Source: an uncultured Spirochaetota bacterium
GTDB lineage: Bacteria > Spirochaetota > Brevinematia > Brevinematales > JAOACQ01
Direction: 5' to 3'
Assembly (NCBI GenBank): GCA_963768055.1
Contig: CAVYGN010000002.1
Coordinates: 1,824,112-1,888,111 of the forward strand
DNA length: 64,000 nucleotides
Shown here in pieces: positions 30,718 to 40,294 of the stretch. The notes under the pieces were generated by a model that saw only the letters and a list, made by a program, of their open reading frames with translations, was not told the origin of the DNA and ran no database searches. Made by a program: the position numbers and the translations under genes. Numbering within the stretch: position 1 is the first letter of the stretch; every line of letters starts with the position of its first letter.

Positions 30718-31083
30718 ATGAAAATAAAAACACGAGAACAAATTCCATCTGAAGCTATTGTTGAGCGTTATGGTGTTAATAAAGAGCTTGTGATTGGTGA
30801 ATATGATGATTCTAACCAGATTGTATTAAGAATAATAAGTCTTGATGTAAACAAGTTTATTCCTGTCCATATACATGATTTTCCTCATATCTGGAAGATT
30901 GAAAAAGGTCTTGGCTTATTAACTGATAATGATGGTATTGAGCATAGAGTAGAGGCAGGGCAATTCCTTTTTATTAAAAATAATGAAAAACATGGTATTA
31001 GAAACATTGGGGATGATAAACTTGAATATTTATGCTTCGGGACAATTGAAAGCGAAAAAATAGCTCCTCAAAAAGCTGATTAA
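30718..31083 (+). CDS. Cupin domain protein
   Basis: PVHIH...GLG...GQFLFI..NEKHGIRN. Confidence 0.85.
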   Translation: MKIKTREQIPSEAIVERYGVNKELVIGEYDDSNQIVLRIISLDVNKFIPVHIHDFPHIWKIEKGLGLLTDNDGIEHRVEAGQFLFIKNNEKHGIRNIGDDKLEYLCFGTIESEKIAPQKAD

Positions 31084-31124
31084 AAAGATTTTTGGAGTAT
31101 TAATGGTTCGATTATACTGGAGGC

Positions 31125-31736
31125 ATGATGAGTAATGAAATACAATCTCTTGGATTTAATCCGACTGGTATAAAAGGAAAATTTACTGGTATTTTAATGA
31201 ATATTATTCATGGCAATCAATATAAAAAAATTATTAAAAAATACATACTGAATAGAGTTAATTCAAGAGATGAGCTTAAAATATTAGATATTGGTTGTGG
31301 AGGAGGAAAAGCAGTAAATATTTTTTCAATATTGTTAATGAACTCAAAAATTTATGGAATTGACCATTCCGCTGATATGGTAGCTCTTTCAGGCAAAGTC
31401 AATAAAAAAGGCATTAAAGAGGGTAATGTTGAAATAAATCAGGGAGATATAATAGCTCTTCCTTATTCAGATAGATATTTTGACATGATAACGGCTTTTG
31501 ATACTATAAATTTCTGGAATGATTTTAATAAAGCTATTTCTGAAATAATAAGAGTATTGAAAAAAGGCGGGGCTTTCATTATAGTAAACGCTTATCCAAA
31601 AGAAGGGACAAAATGGTGGGATTTTGTAAAATTTAAAAATGATAGTGAATATCGGGAAGCATTGGTAAAACATAATTTTTCAGATATAAATATTATTATT
31701 GATAAAAACAATATAATAATACAGGCTAAAAAATAG
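31125..31736 (+). CDS. Class I SAM-dependent methyltransferase
   Basis: ILDIGCGGG, GIDHS and RVLKKGG motifs. Confidence 0.92.
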   Translation: MMSNEIQSLGFNPTGIKGKFTGILMNIIHGNQYKKIIKKYILNRVNSRDELKILDIGCGGGKAVNIFSILLMNSKIYGIDHSADMVALSGKVNKKGIKEGNVEINQGDIIALPYSDRYFDMITAFDTINFWNDFNKAISEIIRVLKKGGAFIIVNAYPKEGTKWWDFVKFKNDSEYREALVKHNFSDINIIIDKNNIIIQAKK

Positions 31737-31832
31737 TCTATTGCTCTTCCCCCCTCTGCTTTGCCAGACTCTAATAATTTTGATAAAAGCGCCAGGAGGG
31801 GATAGAATAAAAGAAATAAATGAAGGAATATT

Positions 31833-32318
31833 ATGGATACAAATGAAATAAATGATATTGAAATGATAAAATTATTAATTGAAATAATTAAATGGGGCAA
31901 AGAAATAGTAATATCAAATAATAACGAGCTATTGTTATACCAACAATTGAGTAAAATAAACACCTTATATTTTGATTTGGATGAATCATCAGATGATAAA
32001 CAATATCCAGAACCTCCAAGTTTTGATTATGATAAAATCGCCAAAAATGTTCAATTTAACTTTAAAAAATTTGGTTATTATAATATTCCATTAGAGATTA
32101 CTGAGAATATAGGAGAAACAGGATTAAGTGTTGGAGATGCAGTTGATGACTTATCTGACATTATAAGAGATTTTCTTGGAATCAATTGGTATTATGAAAA
32201 TACTTCATTAGGAAATGCAATCTGGTACTTTAAATTTTTATTTAAAACTCATTTTGGACTTCATCTTATTAATTTAATGATGTATCTACATAATTATTTG
32301 TTTTATAAAAACCAATGA
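31833..32318 (+). CDS. DUF5063-like protein
   Basis: DAVDDLSDI..D and W.F...F..HFG.H pattern. Confidence 0.65.
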   Translation: MDTNEINDIEMIKLLIEIIKWGKEIVISNNNELLLYQQLSKINTLYFDLDESSDDKQYPEPPSFDYDKIAKNVQFNFKKFGYYNIPLEITENIGETGLSVGDAVDDLSDIIRDFLGINWYYENTSLGNAIWYFKFLFKTHFGLHLINLMMYLHNYLFYKNQ

Positions 32319-32428
32319 AATATCTCTTTTCCTTCCCCCTTCTATCCGTCATACTCTATTAAAATTTTGATAAATCTTTATGATGGGATTAGAATAATGG
32401 TGAATGTCATGGAATAGGAGATGGCAAG

Positions 32429-33115
32429 TTGTATAATGATTATATGACCAAAAAACTAATAGATAATGGCGCCACTCTTGTAGGTTTTGCTGATTTAACT
32501 GTTCTACCTGAAAATATCAGACATTCTTTTCAATATGGAATTGTAATTGCGATAGCATTAGATAAAAAAATTGTTTCCCGAAATCTCACTGGACCTCAAA
32601 TGGACTACTATAATGAAGAAATGAATGTAAATGATAAATTGGATGAATTATGTGAGTATTCAGCCGAACTAATTAAAAAGGAAGGATTTGATACCTTTCC
32701 TCAATCCAGAAGATTAATAAAAGTAGATGATAATTTTAGAACTTTGCTTCCACATAAGACTATAGCTACATTAGCGGGAATTGGCTGGATTGGTAAATCG
32801 GCGGTTATGGTCAATAAAGATTATGGATCTGCTATTAGATTAACATCGGTTTTAACGAATATACCTTTCAAGACGGGCATTCCAATTACCGAATCATTAT
32901 GCGGTAAATGCGATATTTGTGTTTTTCATTGTCCGGGAAAAGCTATAAAAGGCAATATGTGGAATCCTGGGGTTGATAGGAATAAATTAGTTGATGTTAA
33001 AATATGTAAAAAAACCGCTACTGAAAGTGGAAAGATATTTAATCAAACTGAAGTGATGTGTGAAATATGTTTTTCAATATGCCCATATACAAAAAAATAC
33101 ATTAATTCAGATTAA
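32429..33115 (+). CDS. QueG/reductive-dehalogenase-like 4Fe-4S ferredoxin-domain protein
   Basis: HKTIATLAGIGWIGK, CGKCDICVFHCP and CEICFSICP motifs. Confidence 0.88.
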   Translation: MYNDYMTKKLIDNGATLVGFADLTVLPENIRHSFQYGIVIAIALDKKIVSRNLTGPQMDYYNEEMNVNDKLDELCEYSAELIKKEGFDTFPQSRRLIKVDDNFRTLLPHKTIATLAGIGWIGKSAVMVNKDYGSAIRLTSVLTNIPFKTGIPITESLCGKCDICVFHCPGKAIKGNMWNPGVDRNKLVDVKICKKTATESGKIFNQTEVMCEICFSICPYTKKYINSD

Positions 33116-33169
33116 GTATATTCCGCTCCCTCTGCTTTGCCTGCTAAAGAAATTTTAAGGAGTAATAAA

Positions 33170-33505
33170 ATGAAAAACATCGTGGGTCTTATTCTAATAA
33201 TAAGTTTATTTACTTCCTGCACAACTCTAATCAATTCATCGAAATCAATTGGTGATTTTAATATTTCAGTCACTGCATCAGAAAATAATAATGGTGATTT
33301 TATCAGAATAAGAGGGAAAAACATATCCAGCGCTTTATATATAAAAGAATATGATATAATTTTCAAAAGTGATAAAGTATTTGTAAAAATATTTGAGACC
33401 CTTAAAGATACAGGATATTCAGATGGATACGATATTCAATTTTATATTCCGAAAAGCATTAAATTTATTATCCTCGGGGATAATGAAATTGTCTGGAAGA
33501 GATAA
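33170..33505 (+). CDS. Small putative lipoprotein
   Basis: AAGGAG RBS; MKNIVGLILIISLFTSC lipobox. Confidence 0.7.
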   Translation: MKNIVGLILIISLFTSCTTLINSSKSIGDFNISVTASENNNGDFIRIRGKNISSALYIKEYDIIFKSDKVFVKIFETLKDTGYSDGYDIQFYIPKSIKFIILGDNEIVWKR

Positions 33506-33645
33506 TTTATTCCACCCTTTCACTCCCTTTGCCTTCCCCTTTCCAGCTTGCCATACTCTCTTGAATTTTGATAAAAGCGCCCGGAGAGGATAGAATAAAG
33601 GAAAATTTCACAATGAGATTTTAAATAGATACTGAGGAGATTTTA

Positions 33646-34101
33646 ATGGATTACAAAAACATGACTGCTCCATGCGGGATTCCTTGTTTTGAATGTGTGT
33701 CATATAAAGCAAAATCAAATGAAGCTATAAAAAAGAGGGTTTCGGAAGGAACGGGATTGGCTTACGATAAATCAGATTGTGAGGGCTGCCGAAATAGGAA
33801 TGGTAAAGCCTTTTTAGCTGAAAAAAACAATATATTCCCCGAAGGTAAACCTTTGTTGTTAAATGAAAAAGGTCAATGTAAGATTTTTCTTTGTACTGAA
33901 AAAAGAAAAATTCACAATTGTAGCGAATGCGATAATTTCCCTTGTGATAATCTTCAACCATTAGCAGATAGAGCAGATAAAATTCCACATAACCTGAAAA
34001 TTTACAATTTGTGTTTGATAAAGAAATTAGGGCTTGAAAAATGGGCGGAAGAAAAAGCGGCAAAAACAATGAATGATTACAGGACAAAAAAATTTGATTG
34101 A
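33646..34101 (+). CDS. DUF3795-like Cys-rich protein
   Basis: APCGIPCFEC, CEGCR and CSECDNFPC motifs. Confidence 0.8.
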   Translation: MDYKNMTAPCGIPCFECVSYKAKSNEAIKKRVSEGTGLAYDKSDCEGCRNRNGKAFLAEKNNIFPEGKPLLLNEKGQCKIFLCTEKRKIHNCSECDNFPCDNLQPLADRADKIPHNLKIYNLCLIKKLGLEKWAEEKAAKTMNDYRTKKFD

Positions 34102-34208
34102 TTTTTGATAAAAACTATAGCTCATCCGCTCCCCCTGCTTTGCCTGCTATGAGGGATGGGGGGAAAGAAATATAAGAGGTTAATTAATTTAAAAGAATAG
34201 GAGAGTAA

Positions 34209-35207
34209 ATGGATACTGCAGTAATCGAAAACGAATTATTAGATATTGTATATAGCTATCGAAAAGCTCAGCTTCTTTATGTTGCCACCAAATTGAACAT
34301 TTCCGATATTTTAGCGGATGGGCCCAAGTCAAGCGATGAAATAGCCCTGATTACTGAAACAAATTCTGATTCTATATATAGAGTAATGAGAGCCTTATCA
34401 AGTTTTGGGATTTATAAGGAGAATCCTGATAAATACTTCAAGATAACTGAAAAAGGTGAATTATTAAAAAAAGATAGTCCAAGTTCAGTCAGAATAAATG
34501 TTGTAATGCGAATGGATGAATATAACTGGAAACCCTGGGGAGAATTACTAAATAGTGTTAAGACTGGTGAAAATGCATTTGAGAATATTTTTGGTATGAA
34601 TTTATTTGAATATCTGACTAAAAACCCAGAATCATCAAAAACATTTAGTAAAGCTATGGGAACTTTTACTCAAAAAATCATAAAACTTGTTTTAGATAAT
34701 TATGATTTTTCTTCCTATAATTTGATTGCTGATATCGGCGGAAGCAATGGTGATTTATTAAGGCAAATATTATTAAAATATTCACATATATCGGGTTTAT
34801 TGTTTGACTTGCCAATTGTTATTGAAAATGTAAATCCTGATATTTTTGAACCAAGTATATCAAACAGATTAAAATTAGTCAGTGGAAGTTTTTTTGACTC
34901 GATTCCAACAAGTTGTGATTTATATATTTTTAAGAAGATAATTCATGATTGGGATGATGAACATTCAATAAAAATCCTTACAAATTGTTATAATGCCGCA
35001 AAAAAAGGATCTAAAATTTTAATAATTGAAAATGTTATAGATCCGCAAAATAAAAATTCAGCAACGATAATTAATGATATTCATATGCTTGTTCAAACAA
35101 TTGGTGGCCGAGAAAGAACTCAGGATGAATATTATAAATTACTGCAGGAAGCAGGATTTGAACCACTAACAGGATGCTTGAATTATATCGAAGCGATAAA
35201 GAATTGA
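34209..35207 (+). CDS. O-methyltransferase (dimerisation + Methyltransf_2 domains)
   Basis: ADIGGSNG, GSFF, IIHDWDD and GGRERT motifs. Confidence 0.92.
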   Translation: MDTAVIENELLDIVYSYRKAQLLYVATKLNISDILADGPKSSDEIALITETNSDSIYRVMRALSSFGIYKENPDKYFKITEKGELLKKDSPSSVRINVVMRMDEYNWKPWGELLNSVKTGENAFENIFGMNLFEYLTKNPESSKTFSKAMGTFTQKIIKLVLDNYDFSSYNLIADIGGSNGDLLRQILLKYSHISGLLFDLPIVIENVNPDIFEPSISNRLKLVSGSFFDSIPTSCDLYIFKKIIHDWDDEHSIKILTNCYNAAKKGSKILIIENVIDPQNKNSATIINDIHMLVQTIGGRERTQDEYYKLLQEAGFEPLTGCLNYIEAIKN

Positions 35208-35285
35208 ATAATTAAAGTATTCTCTCCCCTCTGCTTTGCCTGCTGTGAGGGATGGATATAATGAATATGATAAAAGAATAAAATT

Positions 35286-36044
35286 ATGAGAACAATTATT
35301 ATTAGTTCATTCTTTTCTGGAGCAATAGGAACAATTATTGGGAGTATAATAGGTATTTTTCTTAAAGATTTTATTATTACTAATTATTTTATCAAGAAAA
35401 AAGAAAAAAATGAGTTAATAGCAGTATACAAAAAATATAGAATTCCAATCAGAAAAGCGGCAGTAGAATTACATACAAGATTTAATGAAGTTATTGAGAA
35501 ATATCCTCCAATTTATCTTAAAAGTAATGTTTTAAAAATAAAACAGGAGAGTATAAAAACAAATACTATTGCTGATGAGCATTTTCAAAAATATAAATTA
35601 GTTAGTTCCATTTATCGATTATATGCTTTTTTAGGTTGGATTGAACTTTATAGGCAAGAAATTATATTATTGGATTGTGGATCAGAAAAAAGAAATTGTG
35701 TTATTAATAAATCAATTGATAATATAATATCCTGGTTAGCAGATGGTCAATTAAATATAAATAATGATTGGGAAAATTGGGATGATTATTTGATATTTCG
35801 TGAAGAATGTAGAGCAATAGGTGAAATGATGATTATAAATAATAATGGAAGAAAAGAAATAATTGGATATATGAAATTTGTTGAATTTTTTGAAAATAGT
35901 ATTATTAATAATGATAATCAATGGATTGGTAAAGGTATCAATCTTTTAATAGATTTAAAAATAAAAAAAGATTTTAGAAAGAATAGAATAGAAAATATAA
36001 AGAATGAGTTGTCAATATTAATTGGTTCATTAGAAATAGTTTAA
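35286..36044 (+). CDS. Hypothetical protein with N-terminal TM helix
   Basis: 252 aa AT-rich ORF between junction repeats. Confidence 0.75.
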   Translation: MRTIIISSFFSGAIGTIIGSIIGIFLKDFIITNYFIKKKEKNELIAVYKKYRIPIRKAAVELHTRFNEVIEKYPPIYLKSNVLKIKQESIKTNTIADEHFQKYKLVSSIYRLYAFLGWIELYRQEIILLDCGSEKRNCVINKSIDNIISWLADGQLNINNDWENWDDYLIFREECRAIGEMMIINNNGRKEIIGYMKFVEFFENSIINNDNQWIGKGINLLIDLKIKKDFRKNRIENIKNELSILIGSLEIV

Positions 36045-36155
36045 CATAAAAATGAGTACATATAATCAAACAATTGTGTCTCTTCACCTTTCATTTCCCC
36101 CTCACCCATACCCGATAATTAATTCACAAAAATAAACATAAAGGAGATTGGGATT

Positions 36156-36527
36156 ATGCCAGGTAAAAGAAAAAGTGCAGAAGAAAGAGTAAAAGAACTT
36201 CAGCAGAAAATTAAAGACATTAAAGCAGCAGAACTATTAAAAGGAAAAAAGGAAGATAAGAAATGGATTAAGATTGACCCAAAAATCGGCGCATTTGTAA
36301 GAGAGGCATTTCAAAACAATTTCGACGGAATGACCCTTGATAATTTGAAAGCTGAAATAAAGAAGATAATTGAACCGAGGAAGCCAGGAGCAAAGCGAGG
36401 TCCTAAACCTAAAAGCGAGAAAGAACCTAAATCTAAGAGGGCTTATAATAAGAAACCGAAAGCTGTAGAAGCTGAAAATACTCCACAAGCGGAAGGGGAA
36501 GCTGAACAGACACAGAAGGTGGAATAA
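36156..36527 (+). CDS. Lys-rich putative nucleoid-associated protein
   Basis: Coiled-coil N-terminus, KRGPKPK and KRAYNKKPK basic motifs; AAGGAG RBS. Confidence 0.6.
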   Translation: MPGKRKSAEERVKELQQKIKDIKAAELLKGKKEDKKWIKIDPKIGAFVREAFQNNFDGMTLDNLKAEIKKIIEPRKPGAKRGPKPKSEKEPKSKRAYNKKPKAVEAENTPQAEGEAEQTQKVE

Positions 36528-36541
36528 GGGAATTTAATATG

Positions 36542-36570
36542 CAGGCTGACTGATATGGTTGGCCTGTTTT
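36542..36570 (+). terminator. Rho-independent terminator
   Basis: CAGGCTGAC/GTTGGCCTG hairpin followed by TTTT. Confidence 0.7.
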
Positions 36571-36653
36571 CTCATCCTTTCAATAATTAACTTTGTTCGG
36601 CATTGGAACAAGGTTCATATCAGGAAAATTCCAATAATATTTGTTATAAGCTA

Positions 36654-36682
36654 TTGAGAGAATTTAGAAACGGGGGTATAAT
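36654..36682 (+). promoter_or_regulatory. Family-2 repeated promoter (second copy at 38137-38165)
   Basis: TTGAGA-17bp-TATAAT; CTATTGAGAGA.TTT.GAA.CGGGGGTATAAT in both copies. Confidence 0.8.
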
Positions 36683-36707
36683 TAAAAAAATTCATAAGGG
36701 AGCAATT

Positions 36708-38051
36708 ATGGATTTAAATAATTCTTTAAAAGAAATGTCTGAAAATTGGGTTCAGGGTTCTTATAGCATGTTCTCCTTGAAAATAAGTTTAAAAGATGAT
36801 AGTGAAGAAGAAAACAGACCATCTATAATGCATGAATATACACATTATTTACAAAATATAACCACTTTTCATGGTTTTACAAAAATTGATGATTACATTA
36901 GATTATTCTTATTTATTTTCACTAAATTAGGATCAAATCAGGTTGATCCAACTATTCCTCTCAATAAAGATAAAAATTTAATGGAGGAATTGGAAAATCA
37001 TAATTTAGAAAATTTGAATAAATCAAGAAAATTAGGAATGGAACGTATTAATAATGAATATATCTTTGATGATTATATTTGTGATGATTATTCAATTATT
37101 ATACAAGAGATTATAAATCCTTACCATAATAAAAAAATACAAATGCCATTTCTTATTATAAATAATAAAAAAATTCCATTAAATGAAATAGTAATTCGAG
37201 AAAATATGGCAATGATAAATACTGTATTATCAGAAAGTTCGGATATGGAATCAAAATATAAAAAAATAAGTGCGTTTAAATATAAAGAATATACTTCAAT
37301 ATTTCTGTTTATTATACATTATTTCCCTGATAAAGATACATTACAATTAACTTATCAAATATGTGAGTTAGCATTAAATGTTTTGCCCATCGAAAAAAGT
37401 ATTTATAATATTATTCAATTTATAAAAGATAATTACAAAAACCTTAATGATAAAAATGAAATTAATATTATTGAAGAAATAAAAATCAATTTAAATTATA
37501 TTGATGTTTTTAATAGGCTATATTCAACAGTTCAGAAAATGGCAAATGAAAGAATTGAAATGTTTGATAAAATCATAAAAACAAATGGGAATGATTTTGT
37601 AATATTTTTAAAAAACTTTTATTTTTACATATTAAAAGGATTAGGTCTGAGATTCAATAAGCAAAGTCTATATTTAAACCCAATTACAAATGATTATTTG
37701 AATAGTTTAATTTCAATAATTGGTTCTCCATTTATTTATTATGAAAATAAAAAAGTGGTAAGACAATTAAATAATATTGACACATATTTTCTGGATGATT
37801 TTATATTTCTCCATTCTTCCTTGGAAGTGTTCTTTACTGCATACTATGAAAAATTACAGTGTTGCCCCTTTTATAATTCGGGTATTTGTAAAGAAGATAA
37901 GAATAATAATTGTAAAGATAATTGTTTGCAAAATTTTATGCAAGATAATTATGAATTGTGTTTATTGAATAATTCTTTACTTTGTTCTGGAATACGGAGT
38001 ATTGAAAGATGGGAAAATGAAAAAATTGGAAAAAATATTATTTTACTTTAG
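36708..38051 (+). CDS. Hypothetical protein with HExxH motif and Cys-rich C-terminus
   Basis: MHEYTHYLQ; C-terminal CCPF...C...C...C. Confidence 0.7.
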   Translation: MDLNNSLKEMSENWVQGSYSMFSLKISLKDDSEEENRPSIMHEYTHYLQNITTFHGFTKIDDYIRLFLFIFTKLGSNQVDPTIPLNKDKNLMEELENHNLENLNKSRKLGMERINNEYIFDDYICDDYSIIIQEIINPYHNKKIQMPFLIINNKKIPLNEIVIRENMAMINTVLSESSDMESKYKKISAFKYKEYTSIFLFIIHYFPDKDTLQLTYQICELALNVLPIEKSIYNIIQFIKDNYKNLNDKNEINIIEEIKINLNYIDVFNRLYSTVQKMANERIEMFDKIIKTNGNDFVIFLKNFYFYILKGLGLRFNKQSLYLNPITNDYLNSLISIIGSPFIYYENKKVVRQLNNIDTYFLDDFIFLHSSLEVFFTAYYEKLQCCPFYNSGICKEDKNNNCKDNCLQNFMQDNYELCLLNNSLLCSGIRSIERWENEKIGKNIILL

Positions 38052-38777
38052 ATTTTGAAAAATATATCTTTCTTTACCCCCTTCCCCCTTTATTTTAACA
38101 TTGGGTTCTTATCCATAAATATATTGTTAAAATCTATTGAGAGATTTTTGAAGCGGGGGTATAATGAGGAGAAACATTTGTATTTTATCTGGGGGTACAA
38201 ATGGGAATTTATGAAAAAGGTTCAGAATGGAGAAGGTGGGATTTACATATTCATACTAAAAATACAGCTAAAAATGATAGGTTTAAATCTAAAGATTTTG
38301 AATCTTTTTGTGAGATATGTTTTAAAAAAGCATTAGAAAAGAACATAGCGGTAATTGGAATAACTGATTATTATTGTATTGAAAATTATAAACAAGTTAA
38401 ACAATATGTTTTTGATATAAATAAAAAAACATGTTTTTCTGATGAAGAAAAATCGAAAATTAAAAAAATCTTCATTCTCCCAAATGTAGAACTACGAATT
38501 TTACCTGTAGCCGATAGTGGAAGATTAGTTAATATCCACTGTTTGTTTAATCCATTATTTGAAGATAAATTAGAAAACAATTTCTTTGATATTATACACC
38601 ATTATGGAGGATCAGGCAAAAAGTTCCCTATGAATAGACAAGGTTTAATAGATTTAGGAAAATCAATGGATTCAACTTTAAAAAAATCGAAAGATCAATA
38701 CAAAAAGGGATTAGAAACATTTACTGTTTCCCCCGTGTGTTAGGATAGTTGTCGCCTAAAATATTAGGAGACAAAAA

Positions 38778-39260
38778 ATGAATAGTCAAATTCGTTCAGA
38801 GGAATTCAGGAAATCTATCGTTCAAAAGATGTGTATGCCAGGAGGAAAAACAGTATCTGAACTGAGCCAGGAAATAGGAGTATGTGAACAAACCCTTTAC
38901 AACTGGAGGAAAATGATCCAGAATAATGTATCCAGAGGATTCCAGGATAGAAGCCCGAGAGGCTGGAAATTATCTGATAAATATCAGGCGGTAGTAGACG
39001 CAGCAAGCCAATCGGGAGAAGAGTTAGGACAGTGGTTGAGAAAAAATGGTCTCCAGTCGACTCATATCGAACTCTGGAAACAGGAGTGTTTATCAGTGAT
39101 ATCTAATAACTCATACAGAGAAGAAAACAAGGGTTTGAAAGCAAAAATCATAGAGTTAGAAAAAGAAATTAACCGTAAGGATAAAACTATAGCCGAGGTT
39201 ACTTCTCTGCTGGTGCTTAAAAAAAAACTGAACAAGCTGTTCGGGATCGAGGAAGATTAA
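38778..39260 (+). CDS. IS3 transposase OrfA
   Basis: HTH GVCEQTLYNW; ends LLVLKKK at the frameshift site. Confidence 0.88.
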   Translation: MNSQIRSEEFRKSIVQKMCMPGGKTVSELSQEIGVCEQTLYNWRKMIQNNVSRGFQDRSPRGWKLSDKYQAVVDAASQSGEELGQWLRKNGLQSTHIELWKQECLSVISNNSYREENKGLKAKIIELEKEINRKDKTIAEVTSLLVLKKKLNKLFGIEED

Positions 39261-39265
39261 CTCCA

Positions 39266-40294
39266 TTGGATATACGCATAGATATCTGTGCCTTGATTAA
39301 TGAGGCTGTTACGACAGGGGCCAGCAGGGATAAGGCTTGTGAAGAATCTGGCTATGATATAAGGACCATACAGCGCTGGAATAAAAATCTTGAGGGAGAC
39401 AGAAGAAAATTGAGAAATGTAATGCCTTCAAATGCCCTGTCGGCCGAAGAAAGGGAGGAGATCATCTCCTGCTGTTGCAGCGAGAGATTTAGAGATATGA
39501 CGCCGAATGAAATAGTGCCCATGCTGGCAGAGGAAGGTCGGTATATAGCATCAGAATCATCTTTTTACCGCGTTTTAAAGGACAATGATTTGCTGCACCA
39601 TAGATACGAAACGAAGCCGAAAACGGCAAGGAAAACGCCAAGAGAACTGGAAGCGACGGGTCCTAATCAGGTATGGAGTTGGGATATTACATATATATCC
39701 AGTCATATAAAAGGTAAGTATTTCTACCTCTATATGATCGAAGATGTCTGGAGCCGTAAGATAGTCGGCTGGAAAATGCACGAGGAGGAAAGCTCTGATC
39801 ATGCCGCAAGAATGGTGGCAGAGATCGGAGAAACCATTGATTTGAAAGGCTTGTATTTACATTCTGATAATGGTTCTCCTATGAAAGGGGCTACGATGTT
39901 AGCGACCTTGCAGAGGTTACAGGTTATGCCGTCGTTTTCAAGGCCGAGTGTAAGTAACGATAACCCTTACTCAGAATCATTGTTTAAAACATTGAAATAT
40001 AATGTGAAATACCCAGGCAATTTCGAGACAATGGAATCGGTAGAAATATGGATGCAAAATTTTGTAGACTGGTATAATAATAAACATCTTCATTCAGGGA
40101 TCGGATATGTCACACCAGCACAGAGACATGAAGGTAAAGATAAGGCGATACTCCTGAAGAGAGCGGAAACTTATGCGGCTGCAAAAAGCAGACATCCTGA
40201 AAGATGGTCAGGAGAATCTAAAAAATGGGAACGGATAGAATCGGTATTTTTAAACCCGAGTAAGACTAACAAGGAATCGTTGGTTGCGGCGTAA
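39266..40294 (+). CDS. IS3 transposase OrfB (DDE)
   Basis: WSWDITY, HSDNGSPMK and DNPYSESLF motifs. Confidence 0.92.
   Translation: MDIRIDICALINEAVTTGASRDKACEESGYDIRTIQRWNKNLEGDRRKLRNVMPSNALSAEEREEIISCCCSERFRDMTPNEIVPMLAEEGRYIASESSFYRVLKDNDLLHHRYETKPKTARKTPRELEATGPNQVWSWDITYISSHIKGKYFYLYMIEDVWSRKIVGWKMHEEESSDHAARMVAEIGETIDLKGLYLHSDNGSPMKGATMLATLQRLQVMPSFSRPSVSNDNPYSESLFKTLKYNVKYPGNFETMESVEIWMQNFVDWYNNKHLHSGIGYVTPAQRHEGKDKAILLKRAETYAAAKSRHPERWSGESKKWERIESVFLNPSKTNKESLVAA

Larger units (their letters stand above)
30600..36112 (+). repeat. Family-1 intergenic junction repeats, about 8 copies between genes
   Basis: CCC(T/C)CTGCTTTGCC at about 31752, 33128, 34131, 35227, with variants at 30616, 32335, 33536, 36085; TTTTGATAAAAGCGCC...GGATAGAATAAA at 30651, 31778, 33566, variant at 32365. 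Confidence 0.85.

Noticed and set aside
30600..36112. Classical integron or CRISPR array
   Set aside because: No attC core boxes and no IntI seen; the repeats are degenerate and separated by whole genes, not 30-40 bp spacers; no cas genes.
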